From contig CAWDML010000007.1 of the NCBI GenBank assembly GCA_963803435.1, forward strand, positions 352,001-416,000: a DNA stretch of 64,000 nt, given 5' to 3'. Numbering within the stretch: position 1 is the stretch's first letter; each line of letters starts with the position of its first letter. Made by a program: the position numbers and the translations under genes. This DNA comes from an uncultured delta proteobacterium (lineage in GTDB: Bacteria; Myxococcota; Kuafuiibacteriia; Kuafuiibacteriales; Kuafuiibacteriaceae). Positions 35,963-45,546 of the stretch are shown one piece after another. The notes beneath the pieces are model-generated. The model was not told the origin of the DNA, did no database searches, and saw only the letters and a program-made list of their open reading frames with translations.

Positions 35963-36764
35963 GCGCTCCTGCTGGCTGGTATGCGGATCCGCAGAACCCG
36001 GCGTACGTGCGCTGGTGGGACGGACGCATGTGGACGGATCAGGTTCGGCCGACTCCGGCGGCGGCGCCGCCAGCGACTCAAGCATCTTACGGTGGAGCCA
36101 ATTCGAATTCGAGGGGCCAGGCGCAGCTCGAATTGAACGACCTGATCCAAAGGGTCGACGCTCTGCGGACAGAACACGAGACGTTGCACGCCTCGAGAAG
36201 GAGAAGGCACACTACGAGTCGGCTGCTCGCGCACTCCTCGAAAAGGGCGACGCCGCTGCTGCGGCCGAGGCGCAGGCCCACATCGAGGAGCTCCAGCAAG
36301 CGATCGACGGTGTCGTCGCCCGTGCCGCCAATATTCGCGCGGGCTACGTCTACGTGATTTCTAACATCGGCTCGTTCGGCGAGACCGTGGTGAAGATCGG
36401 ACTCACGCGACGGCTCGAACCAATGGAGCGTGTCCACGAGCTGGGCGATGCATCGGTTCCATTCCGTTTCGATGTGCACGCGCTCGTGTTCAGCGACGAC
36501 GCGGTGGGTCTGGAAGCAGCTCTTCACCAGAAGTTTGCCGATCGACGAGTCAACATGGTCAATGCACGTCGGGAGTTCTTCTACATCTCGCCCCACGACG
36601 TCAAAGAGGCGCTGCTCCACCTGCGGGGCGATCTCCTCTCGTTCGTCGAGGCGCCGGAGGCTCTGGAGTGGCACCAGAGCCAGAACACGCGGCGCGCCGC
36701 CACCGGCCTGGCGACACCGCTGCCGTCTGATCGTTCGCCAGTTTCGACCTCCACGCCAAGTTGA
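35959..36764 (+). pseudogene. DUF2510 + T5orf172/GIY-YIG nuclease (DUF4041/SNIPE-like), frameshifted near 36185
   Basis: PAGWYADP..RWWDGRMWT; AGYVYVISNIGSFG..KIGLTRR..RVHELGDASVPFRFDVHA..REFF in a second frame. Confidence 0.85.
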
Positions 36765-36922
36765 ATTCGCGCGGCGGCTCCTTCTACAGGTGTTGTGTTC
36801 GAGACCAAACCAAATGACGATTGGGATCAGCGGACGCGAGGGAAAATGACGACCATCCACCAAAGCTCGATGAGATCGCCGGTTGCTTGAAGCTCGCGGC
36901 GACGCTCGTCGATCAGGCTGCG

Positions 36923-37162
36923 TCACTCGCGCGCGACGGAACCACTGGTCTTCCTGAAGGCGGCACGACGCGCCTCGAGCAGCGCCAGGAGCTCCCGCAG
37001 CAACCCGGCGACGTCTTTCGACGTCCGCGACCGCTTCACGCCTGGCAGCACCTCGGCCTTGCTGTAGCGCCGCCGCAGGTGGACGACGCCGGCCTCGGGG
37101 TCGAGGTCCTCCCACCGGACAGTCGACATGCGAGCGCCGGTGGTCACGTGGAACAGGATCAT
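36923..37162 (-). pseudogene. tyrosine integrase box-I remnant
   Basis: TTGARMS..RWEDLD..GVVHLRR. Confidence 0.65.
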
Positions 37163-37192
37163 CCGTCGTGCTCGCGTCCCCCCTGAAACGGC

Positions 37193-37396
37193 TCAGCTGC
37201 GGACCAAGGCGGCAGCCAGCAGGATCGGCGCCGCGATCACCGCCGCGAAGTAGGCGAGCACGTAGGACGCGCCCAGGAGGAGCTCGGGCTCACCGACGGC
37301 ATTGCCAGCGAGGAAGCGGGTGGCCTCGGCGCCGCCGAGCACTCCGAGCACGAGCCAGAGCAGGATGATCAGCGAGGCCGCCGTCAGCATCTTCAT
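37193..37396 (-). CDS. small two-TM membrane protein
   Basis: Two hydrophobic segments; 4-bp overlap with the upstream gene. Confidence 0.7.
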   Translation of the reverse strand: MKMLTAASLIILLWLVLGVLGGAEATRFLAGNAVGEPELLLGASYVLAYFAAVIAAPILLAAALVRS

Positions 37397-38505
37397 GACC
37401 GGTCCTCCACCGCACGCCACAGCGGACCTTGGACGAGGGCGTAGAGCATGACCGCGTCACCGACCGTGTTGCTCGCTCGATAGCGGCGCCCGGCCTCCGT
37501 CTGTACGGGAAAGGCGGCCAGCTCGAGGCTGGTGAGCAGGCGCTCGAGGGTCGCGCGATCACCAAAGGCGGCCGCGCCCAGGATCGCCATGCCGCTCGCG
37601 CCCGCGTTCGCGCCCAGGATGGGGATGGTCGGCCCCGAGTCGACGTCGGCAGGTCCGGTCCAGGAGGCCGGCCATTCCCGAGCGTAGCCGAAGCCGAGCA
37701 CGTCGCGGACCAGCCCCTCCTTGGCGCGCACCCACTGATCGCGGGCGAGCTCCGGATCGAGGATCTGCAGCATGTGGGCGACCATGAAGATGCTCGAGCC
37801 CTCGGGCCCGTCCCGGTGCTGGCCGTCGAGGTGATAGCTCGAGATCAACAGCCCGGTGGTGGGGTCCGTCAGCGTGCTCTTCGCGGTGGCGAGCCACTCG
37901 GCGATCAGCGCGGAGTGGTCGGAGCGATCGAGGACATCGGACAGGCGCAGGGAGGCCAGCGCGATGGCATTGCAGAAGGTCCAGGCCTCGTCGGGGTAGC
38001 TCTCGCCGGAGCGCGTGGGGCTCCGCTCGAGACGCTCGACGATCTGGGCCGCGCGGAGCCGGTGAAGGGCCGCGTAGCGCTCGTCGTCGCGCACCATCCT
38101 GCGGGCGCCCAGCATCAACGCGATCTCCCCGTCGATGAAGGTGCTCCGGGCCGGCTGTTCGATGAACTCGGCGCTGCGGGCGTAGGGCATCAGGAAGAAG
38201 TACATTCCGTGCTCGGCCTCGGCGGTGAGCGTGGCGTCGATCAGTCGATCGATCTGGGCGAGGTAGGTCGCCTGGCGCTCCGGATGGGCGAGCGCGAGGT
38301 TCGCGAAGGCGAGCACCAGATAGGTGCGCGCCATGAAGTCCCACTCGGCGTTGGTCGCGCGCATCTCGGCGAGGGCTTCGGTCGCGATGGAGCGGGCCTC
38401 GAGACCGCGAGCCAGCGCCGCCGGATCGGGCCGGAACCACAGGTGGAGGCTGGGGAGCCACAGGGCCGCTGCCACCACCAGCGCGGCCGTCTTTCGCATC
38501 GACAT
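37393..38505 (-). CDS. linalool dehydratase/isomerase-like (alpha/alpha)6 protein
   Basis: ESYPDEAWTFCN (compare LDI), REWP, DVDSGP; N-terminal hydrophobic segment. Confidence 0.6.
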   Translation of the reverse strand: MSMRKTAALVVAAALWLPSLHLWFRPDPAALARGLEARSIATEALAEMRATNAEWDFMARTYLVLAFANLALAHPERQATYLAQIDRLIDATLTAEAEHGMYFFLMPYARSAEFIEQPARSTFIDGEIALMLGARRMVRDDERYAALHRLRAAQIVERLERSPTRSGESYPDEAWTFCNAIALASLRLSDVLDRSDHSALIAEWLATAKSTLTDPTTGLLISSYHLDGQHRDGPEGSSIFMVAHMLQILDPELARDQWVRAKEGLVRDVLGFGYAREWPASWTGPADVDSGPTIPILGANAGASGMAILGAAAFGDRATLERLLTSLELAAFPVQTEAGRRYRASNTVGDAVMLYALVQGPLWRAVEDRS

Positions 38506-38739
38506 GGGTCCCATTGTTCCCACCGAGATGGCGGACTGATGGCAAGCGTCGGGAACGATCGAGGCTCTCAGTCGGAGATCGGGGAAAGGCCGGCGCGACG
38601 GCCAGGAAGAGCTCGTGACCGAGCGAGCTCAGGCCCGCCAATCCCTCGGGGGCCCGACCGGCCTGCACCAGCATCTGGTCGCGCGTGCGCACGGTGTCGG
38701 CGCGCACTCCGCGCGCGGATCGCTGGCCCGCGCCGGGGA

Positions 38740-40566
38740 TCAGATCGACTCGAGATAGGCGATGAGATCCGCGATCTGGTCCTGGCTCAGCCCGGAGGTC
38801 TGTCCGTGTGCGTCTCCGCCGCCGCAGGTCGGATCAAAGCGATCGCTCAGCGTCTCGGCACAGCCGCTGTGCATGACGGGCATTCGATGGGAGACCCCGA
38901 GCAGCGACGGTACCTGGAACGCGCCGCCGGTGCCCACGTTGACGTTGGCGTTGTTGGTGAACGCGAGCCCCGAGTGGCAGGTGCTGCACGCGATGAGCGG
39001 ATCATGAAAGAGCTCGCGCCCACGGGCGATCGCGTCGGCGTCGCCATCGCTGGGGCTCGGCCAGGGCGGGATCGAGAATACCCAGTGCGAAAACGTCTCG
39101 ACCTGGGCGCTCGAGAGCCTGGGGCCGAGCATCCGGCCCGTGAACACCTCGTCGGCGAGATCCGCGAAGGTGGGGATGTCGCCGTCCCAGTGGAAGGGCT
39201 CGGTGCCCGCGATGCCGATCCGCATGCTCTGGGTTCGTCGCGGGCCGACATCGGTGAACACCCAGAGGTGGCCGTCGTCGGCGCCCTCGGGATGACACGA
39301 AGCGCACGCGATGTTGGCGCCCGCGTTGCGATGGAAGAGCGCGTGGCCGAGGTCGGCCATGGGTTGGTCCTCGGGCAGCGACAGATCGATCTCGCCGAGA
39401 TCGTCGACGAGCCTCGGAGGCTCGCGAACCTGGATGACCAGGCGGTCGTCGCCTGGACCAACGATCACGGAGGTCGCTTCGCTGCCCGCTGCGGGCCCAA
39501 ACCGATCGACCGGCACGCAGTCGAAGGTGTCGGTCCGACTGTAGACGGGCGCGCCGGGTAGAACGCTCGCGTTGCCAGCGGAGGCGACGTAGATGCGCTG
39601 TCCATCCTCCGAGAGCGCCAGATCGACCGCCAAGACGGCGAACGAGAGCGTGCTCGCGGGCGGAGTCACTCCCTCGCCGACGAAGCTGATCGCCGCGCGG
39701 ACCATGGGCGAGTCGCACGGATCGGCTCCGCCCCCGTAGGAGCCCACGTTGACGCCCTCTTCGTCCGGGCCAACCGCGACCGGCGTGACTCTCGCCAGCT
39801 GGTGGAGGACGGCCACCCCTCCGGTCGGCGAGGCGACCATTCGCCAGGCAACCTCGGGCTCCATGCCGAAGGCAATCGAGACCAGCGGATAGGTCCGGAA
39901 GCTCCCGTCCGGCGCCACACTCAGCACCTCGGCGGCGCGGAAGCGGCTGACCCAGATCCGATCGCCTTCCACCACGACATCGCGGAGATCGGGGCGCAGC
40001 TGAAGCCGGCGCGTCGGCGCTCCACCTCCGGCCGGGAGGGTGATCAGCCAGCCCGCCTCACAGGCCACGTAGAGATCGTCCGTGGCTGCGTCGTAGGCGA
40101 CGCCGCGCGGCGCGGTGCAGACGCTCCGCCGATCGATGATCTCGCCGCGGTCCACGTCGATGGTCACCAGCTCGCCGCGACCTCGGGCGACCACGTGCAC
40201 CCGACGCTCCCCGTCCTCGATGGCGCGCCCAGGCTCATCGTGCGGATTCAGCACGACCGTGTGCAGCACGCGCCGCGTGTCGAGGTCGACCACCGAGACC
40301 CGATCCCGATCGGGATCCGCAGCGATCGCGGTATGCCTGTCCCCGAGGAGCAGCAGCGTTCCTCCGCTGATCGGGAGAGGTGGGATCTCCGACTCGACGA
40401 AGGGACCGAAGTCGAGCCCGGCGCGCACCCCGGCATCGCCATCGAAGGACTCCGGGGGGAGGCCCGGGCCGATGATTCCGCCGTCCGGTATGAGCGCGCG
40501 CGTGGACTTGCCGTGGCAGGCCACCAGGCAGAGTGCGCCAGGGAGGAGCAACGGGAGACACTTCAT
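38740..40566 (-). CDS. beta-propeller plus di-haem cytochrome c lipoprotein
   Basis: Lipobox LVAC; CASCH and CSTCH; RRTQS, PFHWDG, VPSL. Confidence 0.85.
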   Translation of the reverse strand: MKCLPLLLPGALCLVACHGKSTRALIPDGGIIGPGLPPESFDGDAGVRAGLDFGPFVESEIPPLPISGGTLLLLGDRHTAIAADPDRDRVSVVDLDTRRVLHTVVLNPHDEPGRAIEDGERRVHVVARGRGELVTIDVDRGEIIDRRSVCTAPRGVAYDAATDDLYVACEAGWLITLPAGGGAPTRRLQLRPDLRDVVVEGDRIWVSRFRAAEVLSVAPDGSFRTYPLVSIAFGMEPEVAWRMVASPTGGVAVLHQLARVTPVAVGPDEEGVNVGSYGGGADPCDSPMVRAAISFVGEGVTPPASTLSFAVLAVDLALSEDGQRIYVASAGNASVLPGAPVYSRTDTFDCVPVDRFGPAAGSEATSVIVGPGDDRLVIQVREPPRLVDDLGEIDLSLPEDQPMADLGHALFHRNAGANIACASCHPEGADDGHLWVFTDVGPRRTQSMRIGIAGTEPFHWDGDIPTFADLADEVFTGRMLGPRLSSAQVETFSHWVFSIPPWPSPSDGDADAIARGRELFHDPLIACSTCHSGLAFTNNANVNVGTGGAFQVPSLLGVSHRMPVMHSGCAETLSDRFDPTCGGGDAHGQTSGLSQDQIADLIAYLESI

Positions 40567-40689
40567 GGGTGTCCGACCTTACTGCGGGCGGCGCGCGATT
40601 GGCGAGGCCCCCATACCTCAGGCCAGGTGGTGACTCTCATCGCATACTCACACCATGGATCGGCGACCGGCCGAAGGGGTCGGTGGTCA

Positions 40690-42456
40690 TTACTCTTTTT
40701 CGGCCGGCGGAAAGGCACAGCGAAGGACCCGGCCTCCATCGACCAGCGGTCCGCTGATCCGGACCAGATCCGGTGCCTCGGGATAGCGGATCAGATCGAG
40801 CTCAGCACCGACGACCAGCGCCAGCCGTCCGTCGGGCGCCCAGCACCACGCCGCGCCGGGGGAAGTGTCGGCCAGGCGCGTGGTCGTGGAGGGCGACGCG
40901 TTCAGGTCGACCAGGTAGAACGCCGCGGTCTGGGACGCCTCGTCCTCCGCGCGGAAGAGCAGGCGCGACTCGTCCGGCGACAACCCGAAGGCGACGACCG
41001 ACTCGGTGGCGCCCAGCGCTGCGCTCAGCTCGACGGGTGCGGGCGGTGGCAACGTCACGACGTCGGCTTGGTAGAGACGCCGCACACCCGTGCTGGTCGC
41101 GATCGAGAAGATCAGCGACGCGCCGCCACCGGTCCAGACCTCGCTGATCACCGACTCTCCGGAGCTCAGCGCCATCACGCGATCGGGGCCTGGCGCCGTC
41201 GGGTCGACCACGAAGAGCTCGGGCTGCCCGGCTGTGTCGAGATCGGCCACCAGGGCGATCCGATCACCGGACGGGTTCCAGCGATACCGCACCACGCCGG
41301 CCGCTCCGGTCGGGAACGCACCGCTGACGGCCACCTGAGGTGGCGGGACGGGCTGCGAGAGATCGAGCACGAAGAGCTCGTTGAGGCCGTCGACGAGCGG
41401 GTCCGCGAAGAACGCCAGCTGGCTGGCGTCGGGCGAGAACTGGATGACGTCGTTGTCGACCTGGATCGCCACGTCGGCGGTGGCCGGGAACGCCGGGTGC
41501 ATTCGCTCGCGCGCGCCCAGGGTCGCGCCGTTCACATCCACGCGATACAGCTCGAAGACGCGGAGCGCGCTCTCGTCGGCGGAGTAGGCGAGCTGCGCCC
41601 CGTCCCCGGACCAGGCGACCTGGCCGCCGAAGCCCAGGTTGGCGCCGGGATTGACGCGCTCGCGGACCGGCTGGCCCGAGGAGAGATCGGCGAACCAAAG
41701 GTCGCGATCGTTCATCGACTGGATGATGTCGAAGTACGCGATCGATGGCGCGGTCGGCGACCAGAGCGAGGTGTTCGAGACGCCTTGGCTGAGCTCGATC
41801 GGCGACGGCGACGTCGAGGTGATGCTGGCGAGCCGCTGGCGCGAGCCGGTCTGACCGACCACGCCCTGATCGAACGCAATCCATCGGCCCGCCGGCGCGA
41901 GCGCGTACTGGAACACGTCGGAGCCCGGGTTGGACACACTCAGCTTCACCACGGGCCCCGGCCGCTTCCCCGGCGTGAACGCGTGGTAGAGCTCGAGCAG
42001 ACCGAAGGTGTCCTGCTGTGCGGCATAGACCAGGCCGGCGCCGTCGAGGGTCCACACGAAGCTGTCGAGCCCCGCGGTGTCCGGCTCCTTGTCCCCGCCC
42101 GCGGGCCCGCCGGCCAGCGGTAGGTTGACCTTGCGGACGGTGGTCGAGGACTCGGTGAGAAACAGCTCGACCAGCGTCTCACTCTCCGCGGTGGCGGAGT
42201 ACGCCACCACCACCGGCACCACCTCGTCTGCATCGGCGCCGGCGTCCGTCGACCCGTCCGCGGGAGCAGCGTCGGTGCCGGCGGCGTCCGCTTCGGCAGC
42301 GTCGGCGGGCGCCGCATCGGCGGCGGCACCCGAATCCCGCGCGCCGGCATCGAGGCCAGAATCCGGCGGACCGCTGTCGGAGACCTCTTCCTGGTTGGGA
42401 CAGCCGGAGGCGAGGAACAGGAGCGGGAGGAGGAGGCGCGGAGCGATGCGGGACAT
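40690..42456 (-). CDS. TolB/PD40-like beta-propeller lipoprotein
   Basis: Lipobox ASGC; repeated WSxDGxxLAY/F..D..ELF blades. Confidence 0.8.
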   Translation of the reverse strand: MSRIAPRLLLPLLFLASGCPNQEEVSDSGPPDSGLDAGARDSGAAADAAPADAAEADAAGTDAAPADGSTDAGADADEVVPVVVAYSATAESETLVELFLTESSTTVRKVNLPLAGGPAGGDKEPDTAGLDSFVWTLDGAGLVYAAQQDTFGLLELYHAFTPGKRPGPVVKLSVSNPGSDVFQYALAPAGRWIAFDQGVVGQTGSRQRLASITSTSPSPIELSQGVSNTSLWSPTAPSIAYFDIIQSMNDRDLWFADLSSGQPVRERVNPGANLGFGGQVAWSGDGAQLAYSADESALRVFELYRVDVNGATLGARERMHPAFPATADVAIQVDNDVIQFSPDASQLAFFADPLVDGLNELFVLDLSQPVPPPQVAVSGAFPTGAAGVVRYRWNPSGDRIALVADLDTAGQPELFVVDPTAPGPDRVMALSSGESVISEVWTGGGASLIFSIATSTGVRRLYQADVVTLPPPAPVELSAALGATESVVAFGLSPDESRLLFRAEDEASQTAAFYLVDLNASPSTTTRLADTSPGAAWCWAPDGRLALVVGAELDLIRYPEAPDLVRISGPLVDGGRVLRCAFPPAEKE

Positions 42457-42554
42457 CCGGAGTGTCTAGAATGAACCGGGTGCAAGCGCCATCCCGAGGA
42501 AAGCACTGGCATACCCCGTGGCTCGCACTCTCGCGTCCGGCCCGCCACCGATCG

Positions 42555-43859
42555 TCAATCGAGCGCGATGATCGCCGCCTCGACGAGAGGCCACCAGTCG
42601 TTCTCCGCCTGGTTGAGCGTTCCGGTGAAGGTGATGTCTCGCTCGGGCCAGTAGTACATGAATGCGGTGCCGTAGCCATCGTGACCAAAGAGGGCGCCGA
42701 GGCCGTCGTCGAGTTGGAGCCGGTAGAGCCCGAGCCCGTAGCTCACGTCGACCGCGCCCGTTGGATGGGTGATGCGCATGGCGTCGAGCGAGGCCGGATC
42801 TCGGAAGAGATCGCCGCGCATCAGTCCCCGGATGAAGAGGGCGAGGTCTCGGCTGCTGCTGATGAGCCCGCCGCCCGCCCAGTCGGCGCTGAGGTGCGTG
42901 TGGCCGGTCATGTCCCAGTCGCCTTCGAAGCGGTGGGCTTCGGGATGACAGGAGACCGGGGGCTCGCGCGGCACCAGGTACGTCTCGGAGAGGCCGAGCG
43001 GCCGATAGATGCGTTCGCGATAGAAGTCGGCGAGCGCCATCCCGGTGTGCTGCTCGATGATCAGGCCGGCGAGAACGTAGCCGGTGTCCGCGTAGTGAAA
43101 GCCGGCGCCCGGTACGCCGATCGGATCGAGAGCGCGGGCGTAGTCGATGAGCTCCGACGGGGCAAAGAAGTGGTCGGGGTCGTCTTCGTACGCCGCCAGG
43201 AACGCGTTCTCGCCCTGGCGCACGAAGGGCGGGTCGTACCAGTAGTCCGGAAGGCCGGAGGTGTGATCGAGGAGCTGGCGCACGGTGATCTCGGGTCCGT
43301 AGTCGTGCCCGCCGATCACCAGGAGCCCGGTGACGACCTCGGCCGGCAGCAGGTCGCCGATCGGCGCGTCGAGATCGATGAGACCATCCTCCACCAGAAT
43401 GAGGACCGCGGCCGCAGTGAACGCCTTGGACGTGCTCGCGATGTGGAAGGTGTCGTCCGTGTCCATGCCGGAGGCGGTCTTGAGCAGGACCGTCTCGCCC
43501 TCGGCGATGCGGATGGTGCCACCGCCATGGCCGTCGTTCATCGCGACGCGCGCCGCGAGCGCGCCGACCAGCGGCTCGAGCACGGGGGCAGGCGTGGGCT
43601 CGCCCTCGCTCACGCACTCTGCATCCGGCGGGCTGCCGGAGTCCTCGAATCCGGCCGCGTCCACTGGTCCGCCCGCGTCCGCGGGCCTGGCGTCGATCCC
43701 GAGGTCCGCGCCGGACCCAGCGTCGCTCCCGAGCCCCGCGTCCATGCTCGGGGAGCCGGCGTCAGCGGTCGCGTCGAGGCCCTCCTCTCTTGGAACCTCA
43801 CGCGGGCCCGCGGGCGTGCACGCTGCGAGAAGGAGGACGCAGACAGTCGTCGGTCTCAC
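42555..43859 (-). CDS. serine hydrolase (beta-lactamase/PBP class C-like) lipoprotein
   Basis: FHIASTSK (SxxK), LLDHTSG, YADT, GHDG. Confidence 0.9.
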   Translation of the reverse strand: MRPTTVCVLLLAACTPAGPREVPREEGLDATADAGSPSMDAGLGSDAGSGADLGIDARPADAGGPVDAAGFEDSGSPPDAECVSEGEPTPAPVLEPLVGALAARVAMNDGHGGGTIRIAEGETVLLKTASGMDTDDTFHIASTSKAFTAAAVLILVEDGLIDLDAPIGDLLPAEVVTGLLVIGGHDYGPEITVRQLLDHTSGLPDYWYDPPFVRQGENAFLAAYEDDPDHFFAPSELIDYARALDPIGVPGAGFHYADTGYVLAGLIIEQHTGMALADFYRERIYRPLGLSETYLVPREPPVSCHPEAHRFEGDWDMTGHTHLSADWAGGGLISSSRDLALFIRGLMRGDLFRDPASLDAMRITHPTGAVDVSYGLGLYRLQLDDGLGALFGHDGYGTAFMYYWPERDITFTGTLNQAENDWWPLVEAAIIALD

Positions 43860-44110
43860 CAGACCAGGTTAGACTTGGACCCGCCGCTCGATGTTCGCCC
43901 TCCTGCTGATGCTCGGTTGGGCTTCGACGCACCACCGCGATCACTCTAGGAGATCGAGCGCTCGCGAACACTGTGTCGCCGCCCGTGAGGACGGCCGGAC
44001 TGCCACCGGCATTACGGCGCCGCATCCGTGGTGTGTTCCGGCGAGCAAGGACGAGCGCCGGCCGTCGTACGGCGGAAGGCCTGACTCGGCGATGAGAGGC
44101 GCCTGATCAG

Positions 44111-44662
44111 CTACGGACGCCAGATGCGAAGGTTGAAGGCGCCCATGTCGTTCGGGTCGAGCGCGTCGACGACGATCGTGATCGGCTGGCCCGCCGTGAC
44201 CGACACGTCGAGGATCGAGGTGACGTCGCTCGGCGTGACGTCGTCGTTGCACGCGATCTCCGCGCCGGCGCACTCGCCGGCGAGCACGGTCAGCACCGAG
44301 TCGTAGGCGGTCTGGGCGGTGGAGATCCGCACCATGCCGGTCTGATCCGGCGTCCAGACGAACGCGATGTCCGGGCCCATGCTCCCGGCGCACGAGGCCT
44401 CGAACTCCGAGACCGCGCCGGTCGAGTCACCGTAGACCTGGATCGGCAGCGGGCCGACCAGCCGGGCTGCCGGGCAGGGCCCGATCACCTGCGCTGCGTC
44501 CGTGGCCGCTGCGTCTGAGCTGCCCGCGTCGGCGACCATCACGCCGCTATCCTGCGGCGGCGTGCCTGCATCCGTCCGCGGCGAACCTCCCGGCGGTTCA
44601 GGGGCCCCACACGCGAGCGTGAAGAGAGTGAGGAGCATCAATCCGGTCTTCTTCTGGAGCAT
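44111..44662 (-). CDS. lipoprotein with a PPC-like beta-sandwich
   Basis: Lipobox TLAC; DSVL, EIACNDD, IVVD. Confidence 0.7.
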   Translation of the reverse strand: MLQKKTGLMLLTLFTLACGAPEPPGGSPRTDAGTPPQDSGVMVADAGSSDAAATDAAQVIGPCPAARLVGPLPIQVYGDSTGAVSEFEASCAGSMGPDIAFVWTPDQTGMVRISTAQTAYDSVLTVLAGECAGAEIACNDDVTPSDVTSILDVSVTAGQPITIVVDALDPNDMGAFNLRIWRP

Positions 44663-44699
44663 CGGGGCGACGATGCGTTGGGGGCGGGGGCGGGACGAC

Positions 44700-45479
44700 T
44701 TAATCAGGCTTAATCTGAGGTCCTCGATCTCGAAGCTGCGAAGGCGTGAGGCCGGTGACACGCCGGATCGTGCGCGTCATGTGGCTCTGATCCGCGAACC
44801 CGACCCGGGTTGCGACCTCGCTCAGCGGGAGGTCCTGCTTCATCAGCGCGAGCGCTGCCTCCACCCGCGCCATCCGGACCGCCTCTCCTACCGAGCAGCC
44901 GTAGGTACGGCGGAAGTCGCGCCCGAGGTACACCGGATGCACGCCGATCTCCTGAGCGATCCCAGAGAGCGACAGACGCTCGGTCGCGCGATGACGGATC
45001 AGCTCCATCGCGCGCACCGCGCATCGGGCGAACGTCGCCGCCGGCGTGCGGCGGGTGGATGTCACGAAGAGCTCCGAGGCGAGGCCTTCGATCGAGAGCA
45101 TCGAGCACTCGTCTGCGTCTCGCCACTCGCGGGCGAGGCGCCGCACGAGCCGGTGCGTGAGCGGTTCGAAGCGATCCAGAGGGCGGGCCGGCCCGGTGTC
45201 CGGTAGCTCCTCGATCAATTCCAAATGGAGGCAGCAGGCCTCGGCGTGGAAGATCGAGCGGTGGTCTTCACTCGCCGGGTGGAAGGTGAGCGCGCCGCGC
45301 GCGCGCTCGCGCAGCGAGATCGGCCAGCTCTCGGAGTAGGTCCCGAAGAGCAGCAGGCAGAAACGCGGGGCGTCGTGGCTGTGCCGAGGCAGCTCGAGCC
45401 CGGCCGGATATCGCTTCTCGGTGACTCGGATCGGCCCGCACTCCGCGGTCCGGATCGAGCTCCCGTGAAGGCCCGGCAC
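44700..45479 (-). CDS. AraC-family regulator (cupin + HTH), divergent from the M13 peptidase
   Basis: LPRHSH, GVHPVYL, VGFADQSHMTR. Confidence 0.9.
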   Translation of the reverse strand: MPGLHGSSIRTAECGPIRVTEKRYPAGLELPRHSHDAPRFCLLLFGTYSESWPISLRERARGALTFHPASEDHRSIFHAEACCLHLELIEELPDTGPARPLDRFEPLTHRLVRRLAREWRDADECSMLSIEGLASELFVTSTRRTPAATFARCAVRAMELIRHRATERLSLSGIAQEIGVHPVYLGRDFRRTYGCSVGEAVRMARVEAALALMKQDLPLSEVATRVGFADQSHMTRTIRRVTGLTPSQLRDRGPQIKPD

Positions 45480-45546
45480 GCTCGGAGAGTAGCATAGGTT
45501 CGGTGCGTTCAAGACGCGTCGCACCGAGCTCCGCTACGCTCGCGAC

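Noticed and set aside
42555-43859. Bona fide beta-lactam resistance gene
   Set aside because: Motifs (YxD, HDG) fit the broad serine hydrolase family; activity cannot be inferred from the sequence
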